DNA of 62,731 nucleotides, counting the filler, from Candidatus Woesearchaeota archaeon (lineage in GTDB: Archaea > Nanobdellota > Nanobdellia > Woesearchaeales > JACPBO01), in the NCBI GenBank assembly GCA_016180285.1. It is 4 parts of 3 records of this genome, joined end to end, with 100 filler letters (N's around TTAATTAATTAA, not from the genome) between each part and the next. Parts side by side here need not be neighbours in the genome. Positions count along the whole stretch, not along the records: positions 50,069 to 62,731 come from JACPBO010000046.1; 3 more parts are not named here. One strand, 5' to 3'. Shown here one piece after another: positions 50,138 to 59,732 of this stretch (within the stretch, counting starts at the first letter, position 1; every line of letters starts with the position of its first letter). The notes under the pieces were generated by a model. The model saw only the letters and a list, made by a program, of their open reading frames with translations, was not told the DNA's origin and searched no databases. The translations under genes and the position numbers were made by a program.

Positions 50138-50884
50138 TCAAATTTCTTCAACTTTGAACACTTTTGGAATACTATTTCTTACAATCCTGAAACCAGAACC
50201 GTGGTCGTGTGTTTTGCCTAAATTTTTTCCGCTCCTATAAACACCCAATCTTATATCGTATTTTATGCTGGCTTCTTTTACAGCTTTCAAAAAACCATCA
50301 AATGTCAATCCAGTAAGCAAAATTGCTTTATTGAACTTAAATGATTCTGCCCCTTTCTCTTTTTTTGATTCGGCATCAAGTAGAATAATGCTCTTGCATT
50401 TAGTTTCTATTATTTTCTTTAATAATTCAAATGGATAATAAGCCTCTATTTCCTCAATTTTATCTGCGTCGATCTGTTTTACTTTTATGTCAATCCGTTT
50501 ATTTTGTTCGTCAATCTCCAATCCAAAACAAAATTTGCTTTTACAGGCATTATATTTGTCAGCAGAAAAAGTAGTGTGTAATATTTTCATATCTTTATAT
50601 TCTTCATCAAAATAACCAAATCTTTCTCTTAACTTTGTATTTACACCGCGAGGATTAGGAGATTTAGTAAATAGAGTAATCATTGATTCGGATAACTCTC
50701 TAGTAGACTTTAATTCTATTTCTCCCTTATAATCTGCAGAAGCCTTATTATTCTCTATTACTCCAATAAAATCTTCAAAAGTCTTGCCTATTCCGGTGTC
50801 ATGAAATCGATTTGAAGGAATCCATCCTTTTTCCTTTATTGCTAAAAAGTCTCTTTTGAAATTTTCTATAAGTTTACCATCCAT
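50138..50884 (-). CDS. MvaI/BcnI-family restriction endonuclease
   Basis: TGIGKTFE, ENN...AD, IELKS, ITLFTKSP and HDHGSGFRI motifs. Confidence 0.9.
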   Translation of the reverse strand: MDGKLIENFKRDFLAIKEKGWIPSNRFHDTGIGKTFEDFIGVIENNKASADYKGEIELKSTRELSESMITLFTKSPNPRGVNTKLRERFGYFDEEYKDMKILHTTFSADKYNACKSKFCFGLEIDEQNKRIDIKVKQIDADKIEEIEAYYPFELLKKIIETKCKSIILLDAESKKEKGAESFKFNKAILLTGLTFDGFLKAVKEASIKYDIRLGVYRSGKNLGKTHDHGSGFRIVRNSIPKVFKVEEI

Positions 50885-51038
50885 AGTTCAAAAGTAAGAT
50901 ATAAATTTTATATACTGATACCACAACTTAGATATAATTTGAATACAAAGCCCCGGCTCCTTAATTATATTCTGTTCTATAAAGAGCTAGGGCTGTGAAA
51001 TATACGCGCTTATCTGAATTTTAGATGGCGAAAAGGCG

Positions 51039-51320
51039 CTATATCATTGGAAGCGTTTCAGTTTGATGGAATACAGTTTCGCCTTTAGGTTCAAATTCAC
51101 TATCCTTCATATTCCCATATCTGATTTCAAATCTGAACCTATGCAATCCAGGCATGTAAGTTCTGGTAGAAGGAGATACTTTTACCCTATATGTGTTAAC
51201 TCCTTCAGGAATATTTTCATGTTTTAATCTGTCCATTCTTCTTAAATCAGTTTCTAATTCAGATTTAATTTCCGGATCAGCCATATCTATGCCCGAAGTA
51301 TCAAGTATTCTCGTTAACAT
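51039..51320 (-). CDS. Hypothetical protein
   Basis: Likely start MLTRILD, downstream of glyA. Confidence 0.45.
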   Translation of the reverse strand: MLTRILDTSGIDMADPEIKSELETDLRRMDRLKHENIPEGVNTYRVKVSPSTRTYMPGLHRFRFEIRYGNMKDSEFEPKGETVFHQTETLPMI

Positions 51321-51366
51321 GTGTTTAGATGATCTTGATAATTTTATAAATCTATCTGCGACTTGC

Positions 51367-52620
51367 TCAGTAAACCGGAAACCTTCTGCAAAGATCAAGA
51401 ACATTCTGCCTTACTTTCTGCTTTAATGCAGCATCAGTTGGATGCTCAATAATATCTGCGATCCATTCTCCGACCTGCTTCATTTCATCTTCTTTCATTC
51501 CCCTCTGCGCCAGTATAGGGGTTCCTAATCTTAGTCCGGATGGCTTGAATGGAGTTGAAGGGTCAAATGGAATTGTGTTTGCATTAAGGACTATTCCTGC
51601 TTCTTCAAGCGCAACAGCCATTTCCCTGCCCATGCCTTGTTTTCCAATTGATTTTGTCTTGATAAGGTCAATTAAAATCAGATGATTGTCTGTCCCGTTT
51701 GAAACCAGCTTTATGCCCTTAGCCATGAGTGTTTCTGCAAGAGCTTTTGCATTTTTTACAATCTGCAATGCATACTGCCTGAACTCAGGCTCCATTGCTT
51801 CCTTAAAGCACACAGCCTTTCCGGCTATAGTGTGCTCATGAGGGCCGCCCTGCAAGCCAGGGAATACTGCCTTGTCCAGCTGAGCTGCATATTTTTCTTT
51901 GCAAAGAATGATGGCGCTTCTTGGGCCTCTTAATGTTTTGTGCGTTGTTGTCATCACAAAATCTGTAAACGGCAGCGGAGAAGGATGAACATCTCCGACT
52001 ATAAGCCCGGCAATATGGGATATGTCTGCCATTGAATATGCCCCTATTTCTTGGGCTATTTCATTAAATCTTCTGAAATCAACTGTTCTTGGGTATGCAG
52101 TATAGCCTGAAACAATCATCTTTGGCTTTTCTTTCAGCGCAATTTCCCTCACTTTGTCCATATCTAGCATTTCAGTTTCTTTGTCAACGCCGTAATGCGC
52201 AAAGCTGAAAAGCTTTCCTGAGAAATTTACAGGGCTTCCATGAGTTAAGTGGCCGCCATGGCTCAAGTCCATGCCCATTATTTTTTCGCCGGGATTTAAC
52301 ACAGAAAAATAAATTGCCATGTTTGCAGGGCTTCCTGAATTTGGCTGCACATTTGCGTGCTCTGCATTAAACAGTTTTTTGGCCCTTTCGATTGCAATAA
52401 GCTCTATTTCATCGCAATACCTGTTTCCCTGATAATATCTTTTTTTAGGATAGCCTTCAGCATACTTATTGTTAAGCACGCTTCCAACTGCCTCTAGAAC
52501 AGCCCTGCTTGCATAACTTTCAGAAGGGATCATGTTTAATTCTGTTCTTTGCCTTTCTAATTCGTTTTGGATTGCATTATACACTTCGATGTCTGATGAT
52601 TTCAGCTCTTCTGTTTTCAT
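51367..52620 (-). CDS. glyA: Serine hydroxymethyltransferase
   Basis: NKYAEGYP..RYY, GGHLTHG and TTTHKTLRGPR motifs. Confidence 0.97.
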   Translation of the reverse strand: MKTEELKSSDIEVYNAIQNELERQRTELNMIPSESYASRAVLEAVGSVLNNKYAEGYPKKRYYQGNRYCDEIELIAIERAKKLFNAEHANVQPNSGSPANMAIYFSVLNPGEKIMGMDLSHGGHLTHGSPVNFSGKLFSFAHYGVDKETEMLDMDKVREIALKEKPKMIVSGYTAYPRTVDFRRFNEIAQEIGAYSMADISHIAGLIVGDVHPSPLPFTDFVMTTTHKTLRGPRSAIILCKEKYAAQLDKAVFPGLQGGPHEHTIAGKAVCFKEAMEPEFRQYALQIVKNAKALAETLMAKGIKLVSNGTDNHLILIDLIKTKSIGKQGMGREMAVALEEAGIVLNANTIPFDPSTPFKPSGLRLGTPILAQRGMKEDEMKQVGEWIADIIEHPTDAALKQKVRQNVLDLCRRFPVY

Positions 52621-53135
52621 TTTCTCTTTCTCTTGTAAGTCAGGAAAGAAAACTTAACATTTTCCCCTGTTTTTTTATCTTTTCCTTCCTTATCTTCTTT
52701 CTTGATCAGCTCCCATTCATTGAAATTAATTTCAGGGAATAAAACATCGCCTTCATAATCTTTGTATATCCTCGTCAGCTCAAATGTATCTGCTATTTTT
52801 AATCCAAGCTTGTAGATGCTTGCCCCTCCTGTAATGAATGCCTTCTCCACGCCTTTTTTCCTGCAGTACTCTATTGCTTCATTGAAATCAAAGAATATTG
52901 TTGTTCCTTCCGGTTTGTAGCTTTTGTCAAAAGTAAGCACAATGTTCTCTCTTCCGGGAAGAGGCTTTGCATTTTCAGGCAATGACTCGTAAGTTTTATC
53001 GCCCATAATGCAGGGATGGCCCCATGTTGCTTCCTTGAAATGCTGGAAATCCTCCTGTATTCTCCAGGGAATATCACCTTTATTGCCGATCACATTGTTC
53101 TGAGCAACTGCAACAATCACGATTATTTCAGTCAT
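52617..53135 (-). CDS. folA: Dihydrofolate reductase
   Basis: VIG...IPW..ED..HFK, MG.KTYES, PLPGRENIVL and GGASIY motifs. Confidence 0.95.
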   Translation of the reverse strand: MTEIIVIVAVAQNNVIGNKGDIPWRIQEDFQHFKEATWGHPCIMGDKTYESLPENAKPLPGRENIVLTFDKSYKPEGTTIFFDFNEAIEYCRKKGVEKAFITGGASIYKLGLKIADTFELTRIYKDYEGDVLFPEINFNEWELIKKEDKEGKDKKTGENVKFSFLTYKRKRK

Positions 53136-53138
53136 TTC

Positions 53139-54005
53139 TTACACCGCTATCTCAAATTTTATTGTTGGATGAGACTCATAATTTTCAGCTTTTGTGTCTT
53201 CAAATTTCCAGTCAAATATGGACTTGAAATTCTCTGTTTTTATTGAAGGCAGCCTGAATGGCGCTCTTTTAAGCTGCTCTTTCAATCCTTCAATATGATT
53301 TAAATATATGTGCGTGTCTCCCAAGAAGCCAACAAGCTTTCCCTCTTTAAGGCCGGTTTCTTTAGCAAGCAGATGCAGCAATAACCCATAGCTCGCAATA
53401 TTAAAAGGCAGGCCTAATGCGCTGTCAACAGACCTCTGGTTCCACATGAGATTTAATTTATCATTCAGCACTGTTGCCTGAAAGCCATAATGGCAGAAAG
53501 GAGGTATTACTTTGTTTACATCAACCGGATTCCATGCCAGCACTAACATCTGCCTGCTGTGCGGCTTATTTTTTAAATCATCAACTAGTCTTTTAAGCTG
53601 GTCAACTCCTTTCCCATTATAATCCTTGTCATAGCCTTCGTACTTTGCCCCGAAATGCCTCCACTGCCATCCATAAATCGGCCCTAAATCCCTTTCTTCC
53701 ATCATTCGCTTTTTTGCTGCTTCATCATGGGAATAAGGAACTATCTCCGGAGAGCACCATTCATCCCAGATATGGTTGTTTCTCTCCTGAAGCCATTTTT
53801 TATCTGAAATGCCTTTAATAAAAAACTCTAGCTCAGACGCAACCAGCCTTAAAGGGATTTTTTTAGTGGTAAGCAAAGGAAAGCCTTCGGCCATGTCATG
53901 CTGGAACATAGCCCCTGCAATAGCGACGGTGCCTGTTCCAGTCCTGTCTTTCTTGACAACTCCTTCATCAAGAATTCTCTTAATGATCTCAAGATATGCT
54001 TTCAT
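53139..54005 (-). CDS. thyA: Thymidylate synthase
   Basis: DRTGTGT, GFPLLTTK, PFCH and QRSVDSALGLPFNIASY motifs. Confidence 0.97.
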   Translation of the reverse strand: MKAYLEIIKRILDEGVVKKDRTGTGTVAIAGAMFQHDMAEGFPLLTTKKIPLRLVASELEFFIKGISDKKWLQERNNHIWDEWCSPEIVPYSHDEAAKKRMMEERDLGPIYGWQWRHFGAKYEGYDKDYNGKGVDQLKRLVDDLKNKPHSRQMLVLAWNPVDVNKVIPPFCHYGFQATVLNDKLNLMWNQRSVDSALGLPFNIASYGLLLHLLAKETGLKEGKLVGFLGDTHIYLNHIEGLKEQLKRAPFRLPSIKTENFKSIFDWKFEDTKAENYESHPTIKFEIAV

Positions 54006-54096
54006 ATAAAACCCCCAATATGGATTTTAGATATCTTGTTTATATGCTTTATGGTTTTAGATTCAGTATTTATTTTGCTGAAACGAGATGACGGTC

Positions 54097-54471
54097 TTAA
54101 AACGATTTGTATGCGGTCTTCTTTGCTTTAAAGAAATCTTTTGTAAAGTTAACTGCTTCTCTTTCATTGAATTTTTTACATGTGTAAATAACAGTTGAAA
54201 AAAATTTAGCATTCCCCCAAACATATAATGCAATTCCAGAATCTATTAATGGAACAAACGCATCAAATCCCTGATTTATTGCCTTTCCCTTTTTCCCTGT
54301 CGCATATATTATCGGTTTTCCATACATTTTAAGATTTAAATTTCTAGTGATTCCATTAAAAAATTCAACCATTACCTTTCTAGTCACATTAATTTCGAAG
54401 AACCCTTCGATTACCAATCTTTGTCTTGTTATTTTTGGTGCTAAATTTTTCATAATGAACAACATAACCAT
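54097..54471 (-). CDS. S-adenosylmethionine decarboxylase-like protein
   Basis: GFDAFVPLIDSGIALYVW...IYTCKKF resembles the class 1 AdoMetDC cleavage region. Confidence 0.6.
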   Translation of the reverse strand: MVMLFIMKNLAPKITRQRLVIEGFFEINVTRKVMVEFFNGITRNLNLKMYGKPIIYATGKKGKAINQGFDAFVPLIDSGIALYVWGNAKFFSTVIYTCKKFNEREAVNFTKDFFKAKKTAYKSF

Positions 54472-54550
54472 AAGACATATATAAATTTAACTAGATGCTC
54501 TTTTTTCACAAACTATATAAATAAACATATAAGACATTGTTCTGGGGTGC

Positions 54551-55102
54551 ATCAAGATCATAATCGGACTTACAGGAACAAACGGAGCTGGAAAAACAAC
54601 TGCTGCTGATTATCTGAAGCAGAAGGGATTTGCTTATTTTTCTTTATCCGATGCTATCAGGGAAGAGCTGAAAAAACAGAATATTCCCGAAACAAGGGAA
54701 AGCTTAATAAACATGGGCAATAAGCTGAGATCAGAGTTTGGGGCGAATATACTTGCAAAGAGGATCGCTGAAAAAATAGATTTATCAAAAAACACAATTA
54801 TAGATTCAATAAGAAATGCTGAAGAAGTAAAAGAGCTGAAAAAATTAAAAAATTTCATTTTCATTGCTGTTGATGCTCCGATTGAATTGAGATATAAACG
54901 GCTAAAAGACAGGTTTGGAAGGCAGGAAGCTTACAAAACACTGGAGCAGTTCAGGGAACAGGAGCAGAAAGAGTTCAGCCAGGACAAAACAAAGCAGCAG
55001 CTCGGGATATGCATGAAAATGGCTGACAAAGTTATTTTAAATGACGGAACAATTGCTGAATTAAGAAAGAAAATAGATGAACTTGTTGTTAAAAAATGTT
55101 AA
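54551..55102 (+). CDS. P-loop nucleotide kinase (dephospho-CoA kinase/dNMP kinase-like), non-canonical start
   Basis: In-frame IIGLTGTNGAGKTT upstream of the track start. IDSIRN..EV and ILNDGT motifs. Confidence 0.85.
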   Translation: MKIIIGLTGTNGAGKTTAADYLKQKGFAYFSLSDAIREELKKQNIPETRESLINMGNKLRSEFGANILAKRIAEKIDLSKNTIIDSIRNAEEVKELKKLKNFIFIAVDAPIELRYKRLKDRFGRQEAYKTLEQFREQEQKEFSQDKTKQQLGICMKMADKVILNDGTIAELRKKIDELVVKKC

Positions 55103-55103
55103 A

Positions 55104-55826
55104 ATGCAAATAAAACCAAAAACAATAAATAATGAGAGCATATTACAAAGGTTGCCGAAACCTATTTTGAATTTGTGTAAAGAGAATAGTTTAGACGCAC
55201 TTCAGTTTGAGTGGGAAAGCCATTTCGGAAACACGCCTTTTACTTTAGAGGAAGCCAAGAGTTTTCTTACAACCATATATGCTATCCAATTATCTAAAGA
55301 AATAATGCAAAAAGAAATTCAAGTTCAGGAACAACAGCAACGAGAAAGAAAAACAACAAGGCCGAGTGTTGATGAATATTTCTTAAAGATAGCTGCAGTT
55401 GTCGGCGAAAGAGCTACATGCCAGCGCCACAATGTAGGAGCTGTTTTAGTTAAAGACAAGCACATCATAAGCACAGGATATAATGGAGCTCCCAGAGGCT
55501 GCAAAGACTGCCTTGAGCTTGGCTGCTTAAGGGATGAGCTTAAAATTCCTTCCGGAACAAGGCATGAGATATGCAGGGCAGTCCATGCAGAGCAGAATGC
55601 AATAATACAGGCAGCATTGCACGGCAAGCATACAGAAGGATCAACAATGTACTGCACTCATTCGCCTTGCAACATATGCGCAAAGATGATCGTCAATTCC
55701 AAAGTAAAAAGATTTGTCACATTCAGCGATTACCCTGACAAGGATGCAATTGAATTATTCAAAGAAGCAGGGGTTGAGCTTGTGAAGCTGAATGTTCCGG
55801 ATACGAAGATTTATTTGAAAGCTTAA
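55104..55826 (+). CDS. dCMP deaminase with N-terminal extension
   Basis: VGAVLV, STGYNG, HAEQNAI and PCNIC motifs. Start uncertain. Confidence 0.9.
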   Translation: MQIKPKTINNESILQRLPKPILNLCKENSLDALQFEWESHFGNTPFTLEEAKSFLTTIYAIQLSKEIMQKEIQVQEQQQRERKTTRPSVDEYFLKIAAVVGERATCQRHNVGAVLVKDKHIISTGYNGAPRGCKDCLELGCLRDELKIPSGTRHEICRAVHAEQNAIIQAALHGKHTEGSTMYCTHSPCNICAKMIVNSKVKRFVTFSDYPDKDAIELFKEAGVELVKLNVPDTKIYLKA

Positions 55827-55887
55827 GCGAGAAAAACAGAAATATTTATATATTAATTCTGTATTAATGCCATATTAAGGTGATATT

Positions 55888-56127
55888 ATGGTGCAAGCAA
55901 TAATAAACATAAATGATAATGCCAACAGGGTGCTGAATATCCTCAAGGCTAAATTTGGATTAAAGGATAAAAGTCAGGCAATTGAAATTATGGCTGAGCA
56001 GTATAAAGAAGAAATTCTGGAGCCCGAACTAAAGCCCGAGTACATTAAAAAGGCATTAAGAATACACAAACAGCCTTCTATCAAAGTTGGAACTGTAGAA
56101 AACCTTAGAAAAAGGTATGAAAAATAG
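55888..56127 (+). CDS. Antitoxin (DUF2683-like)
   Basis: NRVLNILKAKFGLKDKSQAI...PELKPEYI. Upstream of a RelE-like toxin. Confidence 0.8.
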   Translation: MVQAIININDNANRVLNILKAKFGLKDKSQAIEIMAEQYKEEILEPELKPEYIKKALRIHKQPSIKVGTVENLRKRYEK

Positions 56128-56139
56128 CCGCGAGCAAAC

Positions 56140-56403
56140 ATGTACGTTCTTCATATCAAGCCCGAACTTGACAAAAAGCTTGCGAAAGTTTTTAAGAGAA
56201 ATAGAAAGCAATATGAAATGATAATGAAAAAAGCCAAGGAAATTGTTTTAAACCCGCAACATTATAAGAATCTAAGGGCACCGCTTCAGAATCTGAAAGA
56301 GGTCCATATCGACAGCCATTTTGTTCTTACTTTTTATGTTGATGAAATAACAAAAACAGTAACGCTTGAGGACTTTGATCATCATGATAAAATATTCTCA
56401 TGA
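56140..56403 (+). CDS. RelE/YafQ-family toxin
   Basis: HYKNLRAPL...VHIDSHFVL...DFDHHDKI pattern. Confidence 0.85.
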   Translation: MYVLHIKPELDKKLAKVFKRNRKQYEMIMKKAKEIVLNPQHYKNLRAPLQNLKEVHIDSHFVLTFYVDEITKTVTLEDFDHHDKIFS

Positions 56404-56484
56404 CATATTCAAAACATAAGTAAATCTTAGTGTCTGCTTGACATAAAGATTTATTTGAAAGCATAAGTTGATTTATACTAATTT

Positions 56485-57132
56485 TTATATGCTATTAAGC
56501 AAACGGATATTTATTTTATCTGCTGAATCAACAACTAGATCTGCTTTGGAAAAATCTTGCCTTTCAGTATATTTGTTCGGGATAGCAATGCATTTCATTC
56601 CTGCATTTTTTGCAGCTTCTACACCCACAGATGAATCTTCTATTACGACACAATCCTTCGGGTTTAAATCTAATTTTTTTGCAGTTATCTCATATGATTC
56701 TGGATTTGGCTTTCTCTTTTTATAATCTTCAAATGTGACTATAACATCAAAAATATTTTCTAAATCGGCTTTTTTTAAAACTTGCAAAGTACTTTTCAAA
56801 TTAGAAGAAGTAGTTAGTGCAATAGGTATTTTTAGTTCATGCAATTTTTTGATCAAAGAAATTGTTTTTACAAAAAAAGGAGTTGATTCTAAGAGCTCAT
56901 AATATGTTTTTCTTTGAATTTTTCTAAATTCTTCATAAGAAAAATCATACTTTTCCAAGAAGAATTTTTTATAATCATTAGGATGTCTGCCCGCAATCCG
57001 ATCTTTTTCCTCTTCTTTTATTGATATTCCCAATTCATTGAATGCTTCAACCGCAGACTTTATATTTGCTGATTCAGAATCAAGTATTACCCCGTCCCTG
57101 TCAAATATGACTGCTTTTGTCATAAACAGCAA
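56485..57132 (-). CDS. HAD-family phosphatase
   Basis: FDRDGVILDSE, KPNPE and VIEDSSVGVEAA motifs. Confidence 0.9.
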   Translation of the reverse strand: MLFMTKAVIFDRDGVILDSESANIKSAVEAFNELGISIKEEEKDRIAGRHPNDYKKFFLEKYDFSYEEFRKIQRKTYYELLESTPFFVKTISLIKKLHELKIPIALTTSSNLKSTLQVLKKADLENIFDVIVTFEDYKKRKPNPESYEITAKKLDLNPKDCVVIEDSSVGVEAAKNAGMKCIAIPNKYTERQDFSKADLVVDSADKINIRLLNSI

Positions 57133-57143
57133 TAAAATCTTAG

Positions 57144-57905
57144 TTATTTAAAAGGTTTTTGATATAATAAATCCTCTACAGTCCCATATCTGCAGCTAGG
57201 CAGGAAAAAGCGTTTTCGCCATTTTCTACAAGTAACCATTTGATATTCTTCGCACAGAATTCCAGTTCCATCTGATGTGGCATGCTGTACTTCTTCTAAC
57301 GGCATGTTCAAATCTCTGGCTATAGATGCGTCTGAAAAGACAGGATACCAATTATTCCCGTGTTTGCTTCTTAAATCCAAAGATTTTTTTAAAACATGTT
57401 CGAGAATTGGCAATGTAGATGGTTCAATTTCACCTGCAAATGACAGGTTTTCATTGTCAACAGCCATTTCAACTTTTTCTTGAATGCACTCAGGGATATA
57501 CAGCCCCTTCTGCCTTGAGATTATTTTTGATTTTGATTTGTAAACTCTCCCAGACTCTGTATACCTCGCATCAAACCCTTCTTTCTCTATGCTATCACTA
57601 ATAGCACGAAGTTGCTCAAAATCCGGAAATGTTCCGATATAAATGGTTGAACAATGCCCATCAAATCTCTGAAAGAAAACGCCAACTACGCCATAAAGCT
57701 CTTCCTGCAGCAATCTCCTCAATTGATGTATTGAAAGTCCAAGGTTTTTCTGTATTGTTTTAAAATCTGTTCCAACTTCATTTAAATACTCCTCGGATTT
57801 CTGCCTTTCGATTGTTTTCTTTGAAGGCTGCTCTAATTGGGCTAAAACATCTATTGCTCTCTCAGACAAGCGATAAGTATATTGCATGGGGAGAGAATCA
57901 TGCAC
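57144..57905 (-). CDS. Hypothetical protein
   Basis: 253-aa ORF with possible HTH-like segments. Confidence 0.55.
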   Translation of the reverse strand: MHDSLPMQYTYRLSERAIDVLAQLEQPSKKTIERQKSEEYLNEVGTDFKTIQKNLGLSIHQLRRLLQEELYGVVGVFFQRFDGHCSTIYIGTFPDFEQLRAISDSIEKEGFDARYTESGRVYKSKSKIISRQKGLYIPECIQEKVEMAVDNENLSFAGEIEPSTLPILEHVLKKSLDLRSKHGNNWYPVFSDASIARDLNMPLEEVQHATSDGTGILCEEYQMVTCRKWRKRFFLPSCRYGTVEDLLYQKPFK

Positions 57906-57928
57906 CCTTATATAAAATTAACGAAGCG

Positions 57929-58177
57929 TCATCTTATCTTAATGGTCTTCTCCTTGTCTTTCAATCCATAGATTATTTTTACATCTTTTTTCAATAATCT
58001 TTTAAAAAACCTTATGATTTCAATATTCGCCTTGTTCTCTTCAGGATGAGCTTTCACATTCAGCCTTAATGCGCCTTTTTCCTGATCATAGCAGATGATC
58101 TCTGTTTTAGAAGAATTGGGCTTTGCAATGATCTTTATTTTTTCCTTGTCTTTTAAGAAATCTGAAAAATTATTCAT
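57929..58177 (-). CDS. UPF0235/DUF167 protein
   Basis: KPNS, VKAHPEENKAN and G...KEK motifs. Confidence 0.85.
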   Translation of the reverse strand: MNNFSDFLKDKEKIKIIAKPNSSKTEIICYDQEKGALRLNVKAHPEENKANIEIIRFFKRLLKKDVKIIYGLKDKEKTIKIR

Positions 58178-58210
58178 TTTTTATCCCTCTAAATAAACTT
58201 TATGGAATAT

Positions 58211-58672
58211 TTACAAATATCTTATGCTATCAATAATCGATATCAGATCTTTTCTAACTTTTTCTTCGTCTTCCTTGTTACCTCTTTTTTCAGCCAATCT
58301 AAGTTCATCTAACGCTATACCATATTTTTTAATGTGAGTGTCAATCTCTTCATTAGGAAGACCGGTCAATTCCTGCAATTCTTTATATATTGGCTTAAGA
58401 TTGTCCAAACTAACCCCAAATTTCAAAAAATCATTATAAAAACCCAGCCTAGCAGAAATTTTTTCTATTTTGGAATAGTCTTTATCCCACTCAAGAACCA
58501 TAGCATAAACAAAAGCATGACGTACTTCATTATTGCGGTACCTGATCTGGTTTGTATTAGAAGGTTTTTGCTGTCTGCTTTTATGGCGCATGTAATCGAC
58601 AATAGGGAGAGATATCGTAGCTACGAATGATGAAACAACCAGTGTCCAAAGTACTTTTTCTAATTTGTCCAT
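58211..58672 (-). CDS. Hypothetical membrane-anchored protein
   Basis: N-terminal TM helix. Confidence 0.55.
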   Translation of the reverse strand: MDKLEKVLWTLVVSSFVATISLPIVDYMRHKSRQQKPSNTNQIRYRNNEVRHAFVYAMVLEWDKDYSKIEKISARLGFYNDFLKFGVSLDNLKPIYKELQELTGLPNEEIDTHIKKYGIALDELRLAEKRGNKEDEEKVRKDLISIIDSIRYL

Positions 58673-58777
58673 TTCAATATATCAGTAAATTCTATTATTT
58701 ATAAATATTTCTAATCGGCTATTTTGAACACCTAATCGATCGATATGATGCGTGGTGGAAGGCGCTTAAACTAAATT

Positions 58778-59089
58778 TTACTTATATTCTCTCCATACGT
58801 GCCTGCATTTCTCGCACTTGTAAAATCTTGTTTCAGCTTCATCTCCAGCTCTTGTCTGCATTGTCCAGAAATATGCCTTGCTGTGGCCGCATTTGTCGCA
58901 TTCTGCATCTGTCAATGGCAAAACTTCCTTGTCAGCATCCACAACGCCAAACATTATATCTTTCTTGGCTTCTTTTTTTGGCTCATCTTTCAGCTTCAAG
59001 CTTTCCTTTCCTTTATCCTTATGGCCGCACGAGCATTGCCAAATTCCTTTTTTAGGCACCATTATAGAGCCGCATTTCGGGCAGAACAT
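58778..59089 (-). CDS. tfs: Transcription factor S
   Basis: MFCPKCGS and C..CGH...QTRAGDEAETRFYKC motifs. Confidence 0.95.
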   Translation of the reverse strand: MFCPKCGSIMVPKKGIWQCSCGHKDKGKESLKLKDEPKKEAKKDIMFGVVDADKEVLPLTDAECDKCGHSKAYFWTMQTRAGDEAETRFYKCEKCRHVWREYK

Positions 59090-59094
59090 TTTAT

Positions 59095-59730
59095 TCACCT
59101 CACGCAAAAATTAAATTTTCCAAACACGCATAAAAACTTCACAAAGCCGATTTTCACATAACCCAGATAAGGAACCCTGAAAAGGGTTTTTCCAACAAGC
59201 TGCGCTTCAGTTATCTGCAGCTCATCCTGCACATGTCCTGCATTGTTGTCGCCTTTTGTCCTGAAATAATAAATATTGCCGTCTGCCCATTTCTTGACAA
59301 CCCTGTGGATTATCGGATCAGACCTATATGGGCTTCTGAAAACAATTATATCCCCTAGTTTTACGCTTTTTGGATCGGCTTTCATCAAAAACATTATGTC
59401 TCCTATGTTAAAGCCTTTTGCAAGCGGATATTTCTGGAAATCCTCTTTTGTAATGTTGTAATTATGGTAAAACTGGCCCTGGCTGCACGCCCCTGACTCG
59501 CACAACGCATTGGAAGCCCACCATTCTTCGAATTGCTGATGATGCTCCATGCTTGATGAAACAACTGCAACTATTGGGTGGGATGTTCCGAGGACCAGGC
59601 CCAATCCGGGATAGACTATGAATTTTATAAGAACGAATGCAAGTATTATATTGACGATCCAGCTCAGCAGGCTGTCTTCATGCCATATGAAGTGCCATGT
59701 TTTTTTTAAAAAGTTAATTATTTTTTTCAT
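59095..59730 (-). CDS. Signal peptidase I (archaeal Sec11-type)
   Basis: VVSSSMEH, GDI, PIIHRV and TKGDNN motifs. Confidence 0.92.
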   Translation of the reverse strand: MKKIINFLKKTWHFIWHEDSLLSWIVNIILAFVLIKFIVYPGLGLVLGTSHPIVAVVSSSMEHHQQFEEWWASNALCESGACSQGQFYHNYNITKEDFQKYPLAKGFNIGDIMFLMKADPKSVKLGDIIVFRSPYRSDPIIHRVVKKWADGNIYYFRTKGDNNAGHVQDELQITEAQLVGKTLFRVPYLGYVKIGFVKFLCVFGKFNFCVR

Positions 59731-59732
59731 TT

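Larger units (their letters stand above)
55806..56467 (+). mobile_element. TA module flanked by a direct repeat of the deaminase 3' end
   Basis: AAGATTTATTTGAAAGC(T/A)TAAG at 55806-55827 and 56446-56467. Confidence 0.6.

Noticed and set aside
47997..50884. Repeat-MTase and MvaI-type endonuclease as one restriction-modification system
   Set aside because: They lie on different contigs separated by a linker, so adjacency is unsupported.
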